NCBI GenBank assembly: GCA_004557245.1 | Contig: SFEL01000002.1 | Location: forward strand, 92,102-156,101 | Source of the DNA: Clostridiales bacterium | GTDB lineage: Bacteria > Bacillota > Clostridia > Christensenellales > CAG-138 | DNA: 64,000 nt | Reading direction: 5' to 3' | Shown here: positions 1-9,117 of the stretch, piece by piece | Numbering within the stretch: the first letter of the stretch is position 1 | Layout of the letters: every line of letters begins with the position of its first letter | Made by a program: the position numbers and the translations under genes | Notes under the pieces: generated by a model | What the model was told of the DNA's origin: nothing | The model's input: the letters and a program-made list of their open reading frames with translations, nothing else | The model's database searches: none

Positions 1-462
1 TTGGTTGAGGCGGAGCAGCGTCAGGGGCACGCCGGTATGGTTGTTGAAGCTTCTTTCGTTCTTCAGCGTATTGAACTTCTGGCTCAGCACGTTGGCCACA
101 AGCTCCTTTGTTGTGGTCTTGCCCACGCTGCCGGTTATGCCCACCACGGGTATATCGAATATGGCGCGATAAGCCTTTGCCATGGCAAGCAGTGCCTTTA
201 TGGTGGAATCCACATATATGACCGGACAGTCATAGCTCTTTCCGTTTTCCGCAAGCACGGCTATCGCGCCCTTATCCATCGCCTGAGGAATAAAATCGTG
301 GCCGTCGAACCTTTCGCCTACTATTGGTACGAAAAGGCAGCCGGGCCGCACCGTCCTGCTGTCTATCGTAGCGTCCTGTATACGCCTGTCTAGCAGTTCC
401 TTTGGGCCGGAATACTTTCCGCCTGTGATCTCCGCTATTTCTCCTACGGTAAAGCTTATCAT
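1..462 (-). CDS. murF: UDP-N-acetylmuramoyl-tripeptide--D-alanyl-D-alanine ligase MurF, N-terminal part (gene runs off the left edge)
   Basis: Own minus-strand translation from ATG at 460-462 gives MISFTVGEIAEITGGKYSGPKELLDRRIQDATIDSRTVRPGCLFVPIVGERFDG, the MurF N-terminal signature. It lies directly downstream of ddl. It is absent from the ORF track because it is open at the window edge. Confidence 0.8.
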   Translation of the reverse strand, partial: MISFTVGEIAEITGGKYSGPKELLDRRIQDATIDSRTVRPGCLFVPIVGERFDGHDFIPQAMDKGAIAVLAENGKSYDCPVIYVDSTIKALLAMAKAYRAIFDIPVVGITGSVGKTTTKELVANVLSQKFNTLKNERSFNNHTGVPLTLLRLNQ

Positions 463-480
463 TACAGATTACGTCCTGCC

Positions 481-1512
481 TTATTTATTGTACTTTTCCA
501 GCGAAAGCTGGATTATCCTCATGCAGAGATCGGGATAGCTTATACCCATAGCCTTCGCCTCCTGAGGAAGATGGCTGGTGGGGGTCATGCCCGGAAGGGT
601 ATTTGCCTCCAGACAGTAGAACTTTCTGCCGTCGTATATGAAGTCCATGCGCGCGTACACCTCAAGGCCCAGGGCCCTGAATACCTGCAGCGATATTTTC
701 TGTACCTCCTCGGTTACCTCCGCCGGAAGCTCTGCGGGGCATACCTCGGTTATCAGACCGGACTGGTACTTGTGTGCGTAATCGTAAAAGTCGCCCTTGG
801 GTATGACCTCAGCCGGGGGCAGCGCCGTGTCGCCCAGCACGCCGCAGGTTATCTCCCTGCCGCTCACGAACTTCTCTATAAGTATATCATTCTCGTATTT
901 AAATGCCTCCTCCACGGCAGGCAGTACGTCCGCCTTATCGAACACCTTGCGCACTCCTATGCTTGAGCCGCCGGAGCAGGGCTTTACTATACAGGGCAGC
1001 GGCACATCGGGGAGAGGATCGCCTCTTTTGAGCATTATGTCCTCTGCGGTATTTATTCCCCTGCTCACAAGTATGTGTTTTGTGAGCGCCTTATCCATGG
1101 CTATGGCGCTTCCCCGATAGCCCGCGCCGGTATACTTTATATCCAGCATATCCAGCATAGCCTGCACCATACCGTTTTCTCCCGGTTCGCCGTGCAGCGC
1201 CATAAACACTATATCCGCCGCCTTACAAAGCTCGATTACGTTTTTGCCTATTGTGCCGTATGGCCTGTTTCGGCTCTCCTCCCTCAGCCTTGAAAGGTCG
1301 GGCACCGCGCTTTCTATCACATACGGAGACAGCGGCGTCTTATCCGCAAAGAAGCTTTCCATATCCCCGGGCAGCTCCTCCACGCCATAAAACAGATCCA
1401 CGAGTATGGCGTCCTGCCCCTTTTCCCTGAGCGCATTGCACACCATGGTACCTGTGGAAAGGGATACCTCCCGCTCCGGACTCAATCCTCCGGCCAAAAC
1501 CACTATCTTCAT
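481..1512 (-). CDS. ddl: D-alanine--D-alanine ligase
   Basis: 343 aa ORF starting MKIVVLAGGLSPEREVSLSTG, with ATP-grasp motifs (IVKPCSGGSSIGV, EANTLPGMT). RBS GGAGGG lies 6 nt upstream. Confidence 0.9.
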   Translation of the reverse strand: MKIVVLAGGLSPEREVSLSTGTMVCNALREKGQDAILVDLFYGVEELPGDMESFFADKTPLSPYVIESAVPDLSRLREESRNRPYGTIGKNVIELCKAADIVFMALHGEPGENGMVQAMLDMLDIKYTGAGYRGSAIAMDKALTKHILVSRGINTAEDIMLKRGDPLPDVPLPCIVKPCSGGSSIGVRKVFDKADVLPAVEEAFKYENDILIEKFVSGREITCGVLGDTALPPAEVIPKGDFYDYAHKYQSGLITEVCPAELPAEVTEEVQKISLQVFRALGLEVYARMDFIYDGRKFYCLEANTLPGMTPTSHLPQEAKAMGISYPDLCMRIIQLSLEKYNK

Positions 1513-1694
1513 AGGCGCCCTCCTGTCATTTCAAAAACAAAATAGCTTGTGATATTATATCACACAAACCGTCCTGTGCGAACCTTTGAGACATGTCCAT
1601 GTATACTCTATGTGTTTTTTACTACCGCAAAAGCAGTTTTTGCAATAAACAGCGCCTGTCCCCTATCCGGGCAGGCGCTGTTTGTTTTGTTTTA

Positions 1695-2666
1695 TCAGTA
1701 TATCCTGTTCATCTTGCTGTGCAAATCATACAGGCTCTGGTCGTAGTTTTCGTTATGTGCGGTGGAATCCTTTATGTCTACGTCAACTATGTGGTTGTCG
1801 TGTATGCCGAGAGCCCTGTTGCGCGCCCCCTCGTGTATAAGTTCAACAGCTCTTGCCCCCAGGCGTGTAGCAAGCATCCTGTCCGCAGCAGTGGGCGCGC
1901 CGCCACGCTGTATATAGCTTAGCACTACGGGCTTTATCTCAACATCGGTATGCTCCTGAACAAACTTTGCAAAGTCTGCCGCCTTGCCCGCGCCCTCTGC
2001 GATTATCACCATACTGGTAAACCTGCCCTTGAGCTTATTATGCATGAGCTGGCTTGCAGCCTCGCCCCAGTCCCTGGGTGATTCAGGGGTAAGCACTATA
2101 TCAGCAGGAGCCGTCATGGCCGACCAGAGTGCAATGTCGCCGCATGCCCTTCCCATCACCTCGACTACCGCCACTCGGTCGTGTGAGCGCATGGTATCCC
2201 TTATCTTCTCCATCTCGCCCATAACGTTGTTCACAGCGGTATCAAAGCCTATTGTAAAGTCGGTATAACCTATGTCGTTATCTATGGTGCCGGGTATCCC
2301 CATTACGTTCATGCCAAGGTCCGCAAGTGCCTGCGCACCGTGGAAGCTGCCGTCGCCTCCTATTACTATGAGCGCATCCATCTCGTATGCCGTCATGAGC
2401 TGCATGGCTTTGGCCTGTCCCTCAGGAGTGCGGAAAACCTCGGAGCGGGCCGTACGCAGTATGGTGCCGCCTCGCTGTATTATGCCGTGAACATCTGAGG
2501 ACTGGAGCTGCTTCACGCGACCGTCCATCAATCCCTCGTAACCGTGATATACGCCAAGCATAACATCGCCAAAGCTGAGGCCACGCCTCACCACCGCACG
2601 AATGGCGGCGTTCATACCGGGGGTATCCCCTCCGCTGGTCAGTACGCCTATTCTCATTATCGACAT
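1695..2666 (-). CDS. pfkA: ATP-dependent 6-phosphofructokinase
   Basis: MRIGVLTSGGDTPGMNAAIR and GIPGTIDNDI motifs. I moved the start to ATG 2666, which has GGAGG 8 nt upstream. The longer track ORF (to 2738) has no RBS. Confidence 0.9.
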   Translation of the reverse strand: MSIMRIGVLTSGGDTPGMNAAIRAVVRRGLSFGDVMLGVYHGYEGLMDGRVKQLQSSDVHGIIQRGGTILRTARSEVFRTPEGQAKAMQLMTAYEMDALIVIGGDGSFHGAQALADLGMNVMGIPGTIDNDIGYTDFTIGFDTAVNNVMGEMEKIRDTMRSHDRVAVVEVMGRACGDIALWSAMTAPADIVLTPESPRDWGEAASQLMHNKLKGRFTSMVIIAEGAGKAADFAKFVQEHTDVEIKPVVLSYIQRGGAPTAADRMLATRLGARAVELIHEGARNRALGIHDNHIVDVDIKDSTAHNENYDQSLYDLHSKMNRIY

Positions 2667-2837
2667 ATTAAACACCTCCGTCTGGGTAATCAGCTTAAAA
2701 TATTTCATTTTAATTATACTACTCATTTCTCGCGACAAACAATCAGTATATGAGTCTTTTGTATTGCAAATCCTTATTTATTGATATATATTTATACGGT
2801 TAGCTAATACCTTTTTTCAACCCTTACTGGAGGTCAC

Positions 2838-4268
2838 ATGTTTAAAAAATACTTTGGCGATATGGGCTTCTGGCGCGTCGCGCTGAAGCTCGCCTTCCCT
2901 GTGGCGATGCAAAACCTGCTTACCAGCTCATTCATTCTGGTAGATACCATCATGGTGGGGCAGCTCGGGGATCTTTCGCTTTCCGCCGTAGGGATGGCAG
3001 GCCAGTTCGGCTGGTTTTTGAATATGATAACCTTCGGAATGTGTTCGGGAGCCGCAGTGTTCATATCCCAGTATTGGGGCGCAAAGGACACTGCCGGTAT
3101 ACGCCGCACCTATGGAATAGCCGTGGTCTCCGTATGCCTTATATCCGCGCTGTTTTTCGGTATAGGGCTGCTTTTTCCCGAAGGCGTGGTAAGAATCTTC
3201 AACCGTGAACCGGACGTGGTAGAAGCGGGCGCCGCCTATCTCCGCATCGCCTGCTGGTCCTACCTCGCCACCGGCGTAAATATGGTATTCTGCATAGTGC
3301 TGCGCTCTACCGAAAATGTAAAGCTGCCCATGTACGTATCCCTCGTCACCACAGTTCTCAACGCATTTATGGACTACGGCCTTATATTCGGCGCGTTCGG
3401 TCTGCCCGAAATGGGCATCCAGGGCGCGGCACTGGCCACCGTCATATCCGCATGGGCCGGCCCCGTACTGATACTCGCGGTATCAGCAATACAGCACAAC
3501 ATGCTCATCTCCCCCATAAAGGAGCTGTTCGGCTTTAATAAGCGTTCCATTGCCAAATACTACGCAAAAGCCACGCCCGTCATAATAAACGAGACTCTTT
3601 GGGGCCTCGGGACGCTTCTGTTCAGCGTTATATTCGCCAACCTTGGCTACCAGTACTACGCTGCCGTAACCATATTCCGCACCTTCGACAACATCGCCTT
3701 CGTATTCTTCATAGGGCTCTGCAACGCCTCCAGCATAATGGTGGGCAAAAACGTGGGCGCAGGCAATATAAAGCGCGCGGTGGAGGATTCCCGCAGGTTC
3801 GTGCTGTTTGTATTCCTTTTCTCGGTATTCATGGGCGTGCTGATAATCGTATTCCGCTGCCAGCTGGCCAGCGTATTCAACCTCAGCGGCAGCATAACCC
3901 CCGATACGCTCAAGCTCACAGCCTCATTGCTCCTTGTTTACGGCATTGAGCTGCCCATGCGCAACCTGCCATACATACTTATCGTAGGCATATTCCGCCC
4001 CGGCGGAGACACCAGGATAGGCATGAAGCTGGATCTGCTATCCCTCTGGCTCTGCTCGGTTCCCCTCACCACTCTCGCGGCCTTCGTGTTCAAGCTGCCA
4101 TTTATCGCGGTGTTCGCCATAATGTACGCAGCGGAAGACTACCTGAAGGTTATTCTCTGCGTGAAGTACTATTTCACCTACAACTGGCTGCGTCCCGTAA
4201 CAGAGCAGGGCGTAAAGGGGCTGGAGGAATTCTACGAAAGCAGGCGGAAAAAGCTGGCGGATCAGTAA
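2838..4268 (+). CDS. MATE family efflux transporter
   Basis: 476 aa polytopic membrane protein with typical MATE N-terminus (LKLAFPVAMQNLLTSSFILVDTIMVGQLG). RBS GGAGGT. Confidence 0.85.
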   Translation: MFKKYFGDMGFWRVALKLAFPVAMQNLLTSSFILVDTIMVGQLGDLSLSAVGMAGQFGWFLNMITFGMCSGAAVFISQYWGAKDTAGIRRTYGIAVVSVCLISALFFGIGLLFPEGVVRIFNREPDVVEAGAAYLRIACWSYLATGVNMVFCIVLRSTENVKLPMYVSLVTTVLNAFMDYGLIFGAFGLPEMGIQGAALATVISAWAGPVLILAVSAIQHNMLISPIKELFGFNKRSIAKYYAKATPVIINETLWGLGTLLFSVIFANLGYQYYAAVTIFRTFDNIAFVFFIGLCNASSIMVGKNVGAGNIKRAVEDSRRFVLFVFLFSVFMGVLIIVFRCQLASVFNLSGSITPDTLKLTASLLLVYGIELPMRNLPYILIVGIFRPGGDTRIGMKLDLLSLWLCSVPLTTLAAFVFKLPFIAVFAIMYAAEDYLKVILCVKYYFTYNWLRPVTEQGVKGLEEFYESRRKKLADQ

Positions 4269-4326
4269 GCCCGCGTTAAAAGCCACGTCCCCGCCCTATC
4301 AAGCCGTACCGTGGAGATAAAGCAGC

Positions 4327-4842
4327 TTATTTTTCTGTTTTTCTCTCCGCTTGAAGCTGCTTTTCAAGCGCCGACTGCCTTGCGAGAATGGCGTTGACCT
4401 TGTCATACAGATCCTCTATCATTATCTCGGTCTTCAGGTTGACCTTATAATCGTTTTCGGCTCTGCGACGATCCTTTTCCTCCTGACGGTTCTGGCTCAT
4501 CATAATGAGCGGCGCCTGAATAGCCGCCACGCAGGACAACACCAGATTCAGCAGTATGAAAGGATACGGATCAAACGCTTTCAGCGCCAGCACCGCATTG
4601 ACGACCATCCAAAGCACAAGAACTCCCGTAAAGGAAAAGATAAATGCCCAGCTTCCGGCGAATTTCGCAATGGTATCTGCCGCGCGCTGCCCAAATGTAT
4701 ACTTTTCCCTTCCTCTTTCCGGACTGACAGAGATCTGGCTTCCAGCCAGCAGGTTAAGCACCTCCTCGTCGGTCATATCGTGTCTGATTCCTTCGAGTAC
4801 CTCTTTTAGCAGTTTTCTGTTTTCTTTCATTATGACGATCAC
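4327..4842 (-). CDS. DUF1003 family membrane protein
   Basis: 171 aa. FGQRAADTIAKFAGSW, two TM segments, then SQNRQEEKDRRRAENDYKVNLKTE, the characteristic DUF1003 layout. GTG start with AAAGGA RBS. Confidence 0.7.
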   Translation of the reverse strand: MIVIMKENRKLLKEVLEGIRHDMTDEEVLNLLAGSQISVSPERGREKYTFGQRAADTIAKFAGSWAFIFSFTGVLVLWMVVNAVLALKAFDPYPFILLNLVLSCVAAIQAPLIMMSQNRQEEKDRRRAENDYKVNLKTEIMIEDLYDKVNAILARQSALEKQLQAERKTEK

Positions 4843-4855
4843 TCTTTTCCTTTGA

Positions 4856-6916
4856 TCATATCTTATACATCACCCGATCCCGAAACTCCTGGAGCTTGCC
4901 GTCGTTCCAGTTGTCGATGGGCCGGTAATAGCCTGTGATGCGGCTGTAAACATCGGTATGGGCGCCGCAGACGGGGCATATGGGTTGATTGCCCATAAGA
5001 TAGCCGTGCTTCTGGCAGATAGAGAACGTGGGAGTAAGGGTAAAGTAGGGCAGCCGGTAATTTTCGGTGATCATGCGCACTATCTCGGCGGCACGCTGCC
5101 AGTCGGGCAGCGCCTGCTCTGTAAACACGTGGAACACCGTACCCGAGGTGTACATAGTCTGGAAGTCCTCCTGAGCGTCCAGCGCCTCGAGAAGATCATC
5201 CGTAAAGTTCACCGGCATATTGGTGCTGTTGGTATAATACGGCGCGCCGTTCTTTGATGCGGTTATGATGTCTGCATAACGGGCCTTATCCTCCCGGGCC
5301 ATGCGGTAGGCGGTGGATTCGGCGGGCGTCGCTTCGAGGTTATACAGGTGCCCGGTGCTAATCTGATAGGACTGTATGCGTTTGAGCATGTGCCTGAGCA
5401 CTTCCCTGGCAAAGCGCTGGGTACGAAGGTCGGCAAGGCCTTCGCGGAGCCATGATGCGTTAAGCCCCGCCTCGTTCATTCCCACTATGCCAATGGTGGA
5501 AAAGTGCCTGTCAAAATTCTGTATGTAGCGCTTCGTATAAGGGTACATACCCTCGTTCATTAGCTTGGTTATTATGCTGCGTTTAACTTCGAGTGATCGG
5601 GCAGCCAGATCCATAAGCTTGTCCAGCCGCCTGTAAAAGTCATCCTCGTCATCGGAAAGGTATGCAAGGCGGGGCAGATTCAGCGTAACGGCCCCTATGG
5701 ATCCGCTGTTTTCTCCGCTGCCGAAGAAGCCGCCGGCGCGCCTGCGTAGCAGGGACTTATCCTCAACGTCCCTGAGCATATCCCGGACGTCTGTCTTGCT
5801 GAGGCCGCTCTTGTTATAGTTTGCAAAGTATGGCGTGCCGTACTTTGCCGCCATGCTGAACAGCAGCCGGTTATTGAGCTTATCCGACCAGTCGAAATCC
5901 TTATCTATTGCATAGGTGGGTATAGGGTACGCGAGGCCGCTGCCGTTGGCGTCGCCCTCCGTCATTACCTCCATAAAGGCCCGGTTAACGGTATCCATCT
6001 CGGCCTGACAGTCGCCGTAGGTGAAATCGGCCTCCCTGCCCCCTATTACGGGGTGCTTATCCTTCATATCCTCCGGCACCGTCCAGTCCAGCGTTATGTT
6101 GCTGAATGGGGCCTGCGTGCCCCAACGGCTGGGAGTATTGACGCCGAACACGAAGGTTTCTATGCAGTTCTTTACGTCCTTATAGGGCAGGCTGTCGGAT
6201 TTTACAAAGGGTGCAAGGCAGGTATCGAAGGAGCTGAAGGACTGCGCCCCCGCCCATTCGTTCTGCATGACCCCCAGAAAATTTATCATCTGGTTGCAGA
6301 GGGAATAAAGGTGCTTGGGGGGTTTGGAGTCTATCTTGCCCATCACGCCTCCCAGTCCTTCTTTTATCAGCTGCTCCAGGGACCAGCCGGCACAGTAGCC
6401 GGTAAGCATGGTAAGGTCGTGGAGGTGCATTTCGCCGCTGCGGTGGGCGGCGGATATCTCGGTATCGTATATTTCGGAAAGCCAGTAGTTGGCTGTTATC
6501 GCGCCGCTGTTGGAGAGTATCAGTCCGCCAACGGAATAGGAGGCCGTGGCGTTTTCCCGCATACGGAGAGTTTTTTCATGGACGTAATTGTTTACCGTTT
6601 CCTTGTAGTCCAGTATGGTAGACTTGAGGTTGCGAAGCTTTTCGCGCTCCCGGCGGTAGATTATGTATGCCTTGGCAACGTCGGAGTACCCTGACTGTAT
6701 AAGTACCTGCTCGGCGCTGTCCTGTATGGCCTCTACGCTTATGAGGTCGTCCTTTATCTTATCCTCAAAGTCCGCGGTAACCTTCAGCGCAAGGAAGTCT
6801 ATATCATTGGGATCCCAGGGCTTGTTGAGAGCGCCGAATGCCTTGGCTATTGCCCCGCTTATCTTGGCTATATCGAATTCGGCTACGCTGCCGTCCCGCT
6901 TTATCACCTTATACAT
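4856..6916 (-). CDS. nrdD: anaerobic ribonucleoside-triphosphate reductase (class III)
   Basis: 686 aa. N-terminal ATP-cone (MYKVIKRDGSVAEFD), C-terminal Zn site (CQKHGY..CPVCG) and glycyl-radical motif SRITGYYRP. Confidence 0.9.
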   Translation of the reverse strand: MYKVIKRDGSVAEFDIAKISGAIAKAFGALNKPWDPNDIDFLALKVTADFEDKIKDDLISVEAIQDSAEQVLIQSGYSDVAKAYIIYRREREKLRNLKSTILDYKETVNNYVHEKTLRMRENATASYSVGGLILSNSGAITANYWLSEIYDTEISAAHRSGEMHLHDLTMLTGYCAGWSLEQLIKEGLGGVMGKIDSKPPKHLYSLCNQMINFLGVMQNEWAGAQSFSSFDTCLAPFVKSDSLPYKDVKNCIETFVFGVNTPSRWGTQAPFSNITLDWTVPEDMKDKHPVIGGREADFTYGDCQAEMDTVNRAFMEVMTEGDANGSGLAYPIPTYAIDKDFDWSDKLNNRLLFSMAAKYGTPYFANYNKSGLSKTDVRDMLRDVEDKSLLRRRAGGFFGSGENSGSIGAVTLNLPRLAYLSDDEDDFYRRLDKLMDLAARSLEVKRSIITKLMNEGMYPYTKRYIQNFDRHFSTIGIVGMNEAGLNASWLREGLADLRTQRFAREVLRHMLKRIQSYQISTGHLYNLEATPAESTAYRMAREDKARYADIITASKNGAPYYTNSTNMPVNFTDDLLEALDAQEDFQTMYTSGTVFHVFTEQALPDWQRAAEIVRMITENYRLPYFTLTPTFSICQKHGYLMGNQPICPVCGAHTDVYSRITGYYRPIDNWNDGKLQEFRDRVMYKI

Positions 6917-6950
6917 CCAGCTTCCCCCTGAACCCCGTTGAATTTATATT

Positions 6951-6980
6951 ACTATACTATATTTCGTGCTGTCATTGCAA
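6951..6980 (-). promoter_or_regulatory. sigmaA-type promoter of nrdD (-35 TTGCAA, 18 nt spacer, -10 TATAGT)
   Basis: Read on the minus strand: TTGCAA (6975-6980), then TATAGT (6951-6956), 35 nt upstream of the nrdD ATG. Confidence 0.4.
6954..6969. promoter_or_regulatory. candidate NrdR box 1 (ATACTATATTTCGTGC)
   Basis: 12/16 match to my recollection of the NrdR box consensus acaCwAtATaTwGtgt. It overlaps the -10 and spacer of the nrdD promoter and lies 33 bp centre-to-centre from box 2. Confidence 0.45.
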
Positions 6981-6986
6981 GGACTC

Positions 6987-7002
6987 GCACAATATATTGT
7001 TA
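6987..7002. promoter_or_regulatory. candidate NrdR box 2 (GCACAATATATTGTTA)
   Basis: 13/16 match to the NrdR box consensus, just upstream of the -35 of the nrdD promoter. Confidence 0.5.
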
Positions 7003-7057
7003 TGTTTCATATTTCATGGCATGGTCATAAAATTTTATAATCGCGGGGCGGCCTTTG

Positions 7058-7066
7058 TGGTATAAT
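7058..7066 (+). promoter_or_regulatory. extended -10 element TGGTATAAT placed 6 nt before the ATG at 7073
   Basis: TGGTATAAT at 7058-7066, then TCAAGC, then ATG. No SD-like purine run at a usable distance. Confidence 0.35.
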
Positions 7067-7072
7067 TCAAGC

Positions 7073-8950
7073 ATGAACGGAAGCATTTTTTCGAATATGA
7101 TGGCTGTGCTGTATCTCGCGGCGTTCATCGCCGCAGGTCAGTTGTTGTCCCGTTGGGTATTCTGCCGCAGCCCCAGGGTAGTGCGCATCACTCTGGGCGC
7201 CGCTCTGAGCCTTCTGATGCTCATGTGGCTGCCGGCGCTTTTTTCATTCGGGCTGGGTTTTACGCTCCTTTCGCAGCTGCTGGCTTTGGCCGTTGCTGTC
7301 GCCACAGGCTTCATCTCTGCAAAGAAGGCCGTAAAGCCGCTTATGGCTATGCGCGAGCCTGAGCTCAGGCCTTATCTCTGCTGCGTAATACCAACCGTAT
7401 TACTGCTGTGCGGCCTGACGTTATCGCATACTCTGCCTCACATGACGGACGGCGGCCTCGGCTCCGGCCAGTGTACCTACGGCGACATGTGTATGCATCT
7501 GGGCATAATCTCCTCCATAACCCGGCAGGGCTTCTTCCCTCCGGAATACTCCATAATGGCAGGGCAGCCCATGAGCTACCCCTTCCTGTGCGACAGCGTA
7601 TCCTCTACCTTCTACACCCTTGGCGCGTCGCTGAGGCTCAGCTACATACTTCCCATGATACCGGCATTTTTCTCGGTAGTATCCGGGGTATACCTGTTCT
7701 TTGAGGACTGGTTCAAGCGGGCGGACAAGGCTGTGTTGGCATTCGTGCTGTTTTTCATAGGCGGCGGTTTCGGCTTCGCCTACTTCATGGACGGGCTGAG
7801 GACAGACCCCTACAACTTTACCCGCATATTCACCGAGTTTTATGAGACGCCCACAAATCTGGTGGGTGAAAACGTGCGCTGGGTAAACGTGATAGCTGAT
7901 ATGCTGGTTCCCCAGAGGGCTACGCTGTTCGGCTGGAGCGTACTTTTCCCCTGCCTGTACCTGCTGCGCCGGGCGGTGTTCGATAATGACGCCGGCCTGT
8001 TCCTTCCGCTGGGAATAATGGGCGGCTGTCTGCCGCTTATACATACCCACTCGTTTTTGGCCCTCGGCCTTGTCAGCATACCGTGGTTTCTCAGGGCCGC
8101 ATATAAGAATAACAGCATAATTAAGTTCGCTTTGTACGGCGTCATCGCGGTAGCGCTGGCAGCGCCCCAGCTGCTGTGCTTCACCTTCCGTCAGGCGGGC
8201 AGCTTTCTCACAGTCAACCTCAACTGGGCGAACGACACAGATACCTTTCTCTGGTTTTATGTCAAGAACCTTGGGCTGATATTCATACTGCTGCCCGTGG
8301 CATTTATCGCCGCAAAGAAGGAGGATAAGGAGACGTGGCTGGGCGTGCTGCTTCTATGGGTACTGGCCGAGATAATACAGTTCCAGCCCAACCCCTACGA
8401 CAACAACAAGCTGCTGTTTATATGGTTCGCCTTCTGCTGCGGCCTCGTGGCTTCTCTGCTCGTTGAGATATACGCAAGGCTCTCTGATATTAAAGGTCGG
8501 CGGCTGCTTGCCGGTATAGTCGTAACAGCCATGACGCTCTCCGGCGTGCTTACGCTGGGCCGTGAGGCGGTAAGCCAATATGAGCTTTTCCCAAAGGGCG
8601 AGATAGAAGCGGCGGAGTTCATCGACAAAAACCTTCCTGCGGACTGTATAATACTGACCGGCGTTCACCACAACAATGCCGTAGCGGCCCTCACCGGGCG
8701 CAATATTGTCTGCGGCTCATCCGCCTACCTCTATTACCACGGCTTTGACACATACGATCGCGAGCAGGACGTGGCCGCTATGTTTGAAAATCCTGAAACC
8801 TCCGGAGAATTGTTTGAAAAATACGGCGTGGACTATATCTACATAGGCATAAACGAGCGCTGCAATTACAGCATATCACCTGAAAGCTTCGAAAACCTTG
8901 AGAAGATCTTCTCAAATGGCACCGCAGCGTTGTACAGATATAGCAAATAG
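7073..8950 (+). CDS. large polytopic membrane protein, GT-C-fold glycosyltransferase-like (ArnT/PMT/DUF2298-like), function unknown
   Basis: About 625 aa with more than 10 predicted TM segments and a soluble C-terminal ~130 aa. The early loop (HMTDGG..GDMCMHLGIISSITRQGFFPPEYSIMAGQPMSYPFL) resembles the first periplasmic loop of GT-C enzymes. The track start (TTG 7055) is less likely than ATG 7073. Confidence 0.5.
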   Translation: MNGSIFSNMMAVLYLAAFIAAGQLLSRWVFCRSPRVVRITLGAALSLLMLMWLPALFSFGLGFTLLSQLLALAVAVATGFISAKKAVKPLMAMREPELRPYLCCVIPTVLLLCGLTLSHTLPHMTDGGLGSGQCTYGDMCMHLGIISSITRQGFFPPEYSIMAGQPMSYPFLCDSVSSTFYTLGASLRLSYILPMIPAFFSVVSGVYLFFEDWFKRADKAVLAFVLFFIGGGFGFAYFMDGLRTDPYNFTRIFTEFYETPTNLVGENVRWVNVIADMLVPQRATLFGWSVLFPCLYLLRRAVFDNDAGLFLPLGIMGGCLPLIHTHSFLALGLVSIPWFLRAAYKNNSIIKFALYGVIAVALAAPQLLCFTFRQAGSFLTVNLNWANDTDTFLWFYVKNLGLIFILLPVAFIAAKKEDKETWLGVLLLWVLAEIIQFQPNPYDNNKLLFIWFAFCCGLVASLLVEIYARLSDIKGRRLLAGIVVTAMTLSGVLTLGREAVSQYELFPKGEIEAAEFIDKNLPADCIILTGVHHNNAVAALTGRNIVCGSSAYLYYHGFDTYDREQDVAAMFENPETSGELFEKYGVDYIYIGINERCNYSISPESFENLEKIFSNGTAALYRYSK

Positions 8951-8957
8951 CGAATAA

Positions 8958-8990
8958 ATAACGGCACTGCTTATGAAGCAATGCCGTTAT
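8958..8990 (+). terminator. rho-independent terminator
   Basis: ATAACGGCACTGCTT-ATG-AAGCAATGCCGTTAT stem (one mismatch) followed by TTTTAT, 8 nt after the stop of the 7073-8950 gene. Confidence 0.7.
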
Positions 8991-9087
8991 TTTATCTGTA
9001 AATGGCCCGCGCTGTTACCGCGGCAGTCTCTTGCCGCACACCCCACAGGGGGCCTTCTCTTGCCCCTGCGGGGCAATTTACCTTGTA

Positions 9088-9117
9088 TCGCCAAATCCGA
9101 ACAATGCCATAAGGGTC
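9088..9117. repeat. 30-mer TCGCCAAATCCGAACAATGCCATAAGGGTC, 27/30 identical to 48143-48172
   Basis: Direct comparison of the two intergenic regions. Both copies sit in hairpin-rich GC-rich spacers. Confidence 0.7.

Noticed and set aside
1-393. 130-aa plus-strand ORF at the left edge
   Set aside because: The opposite strand encodes a clear MurF N-terminus, so this frame is its shadow.
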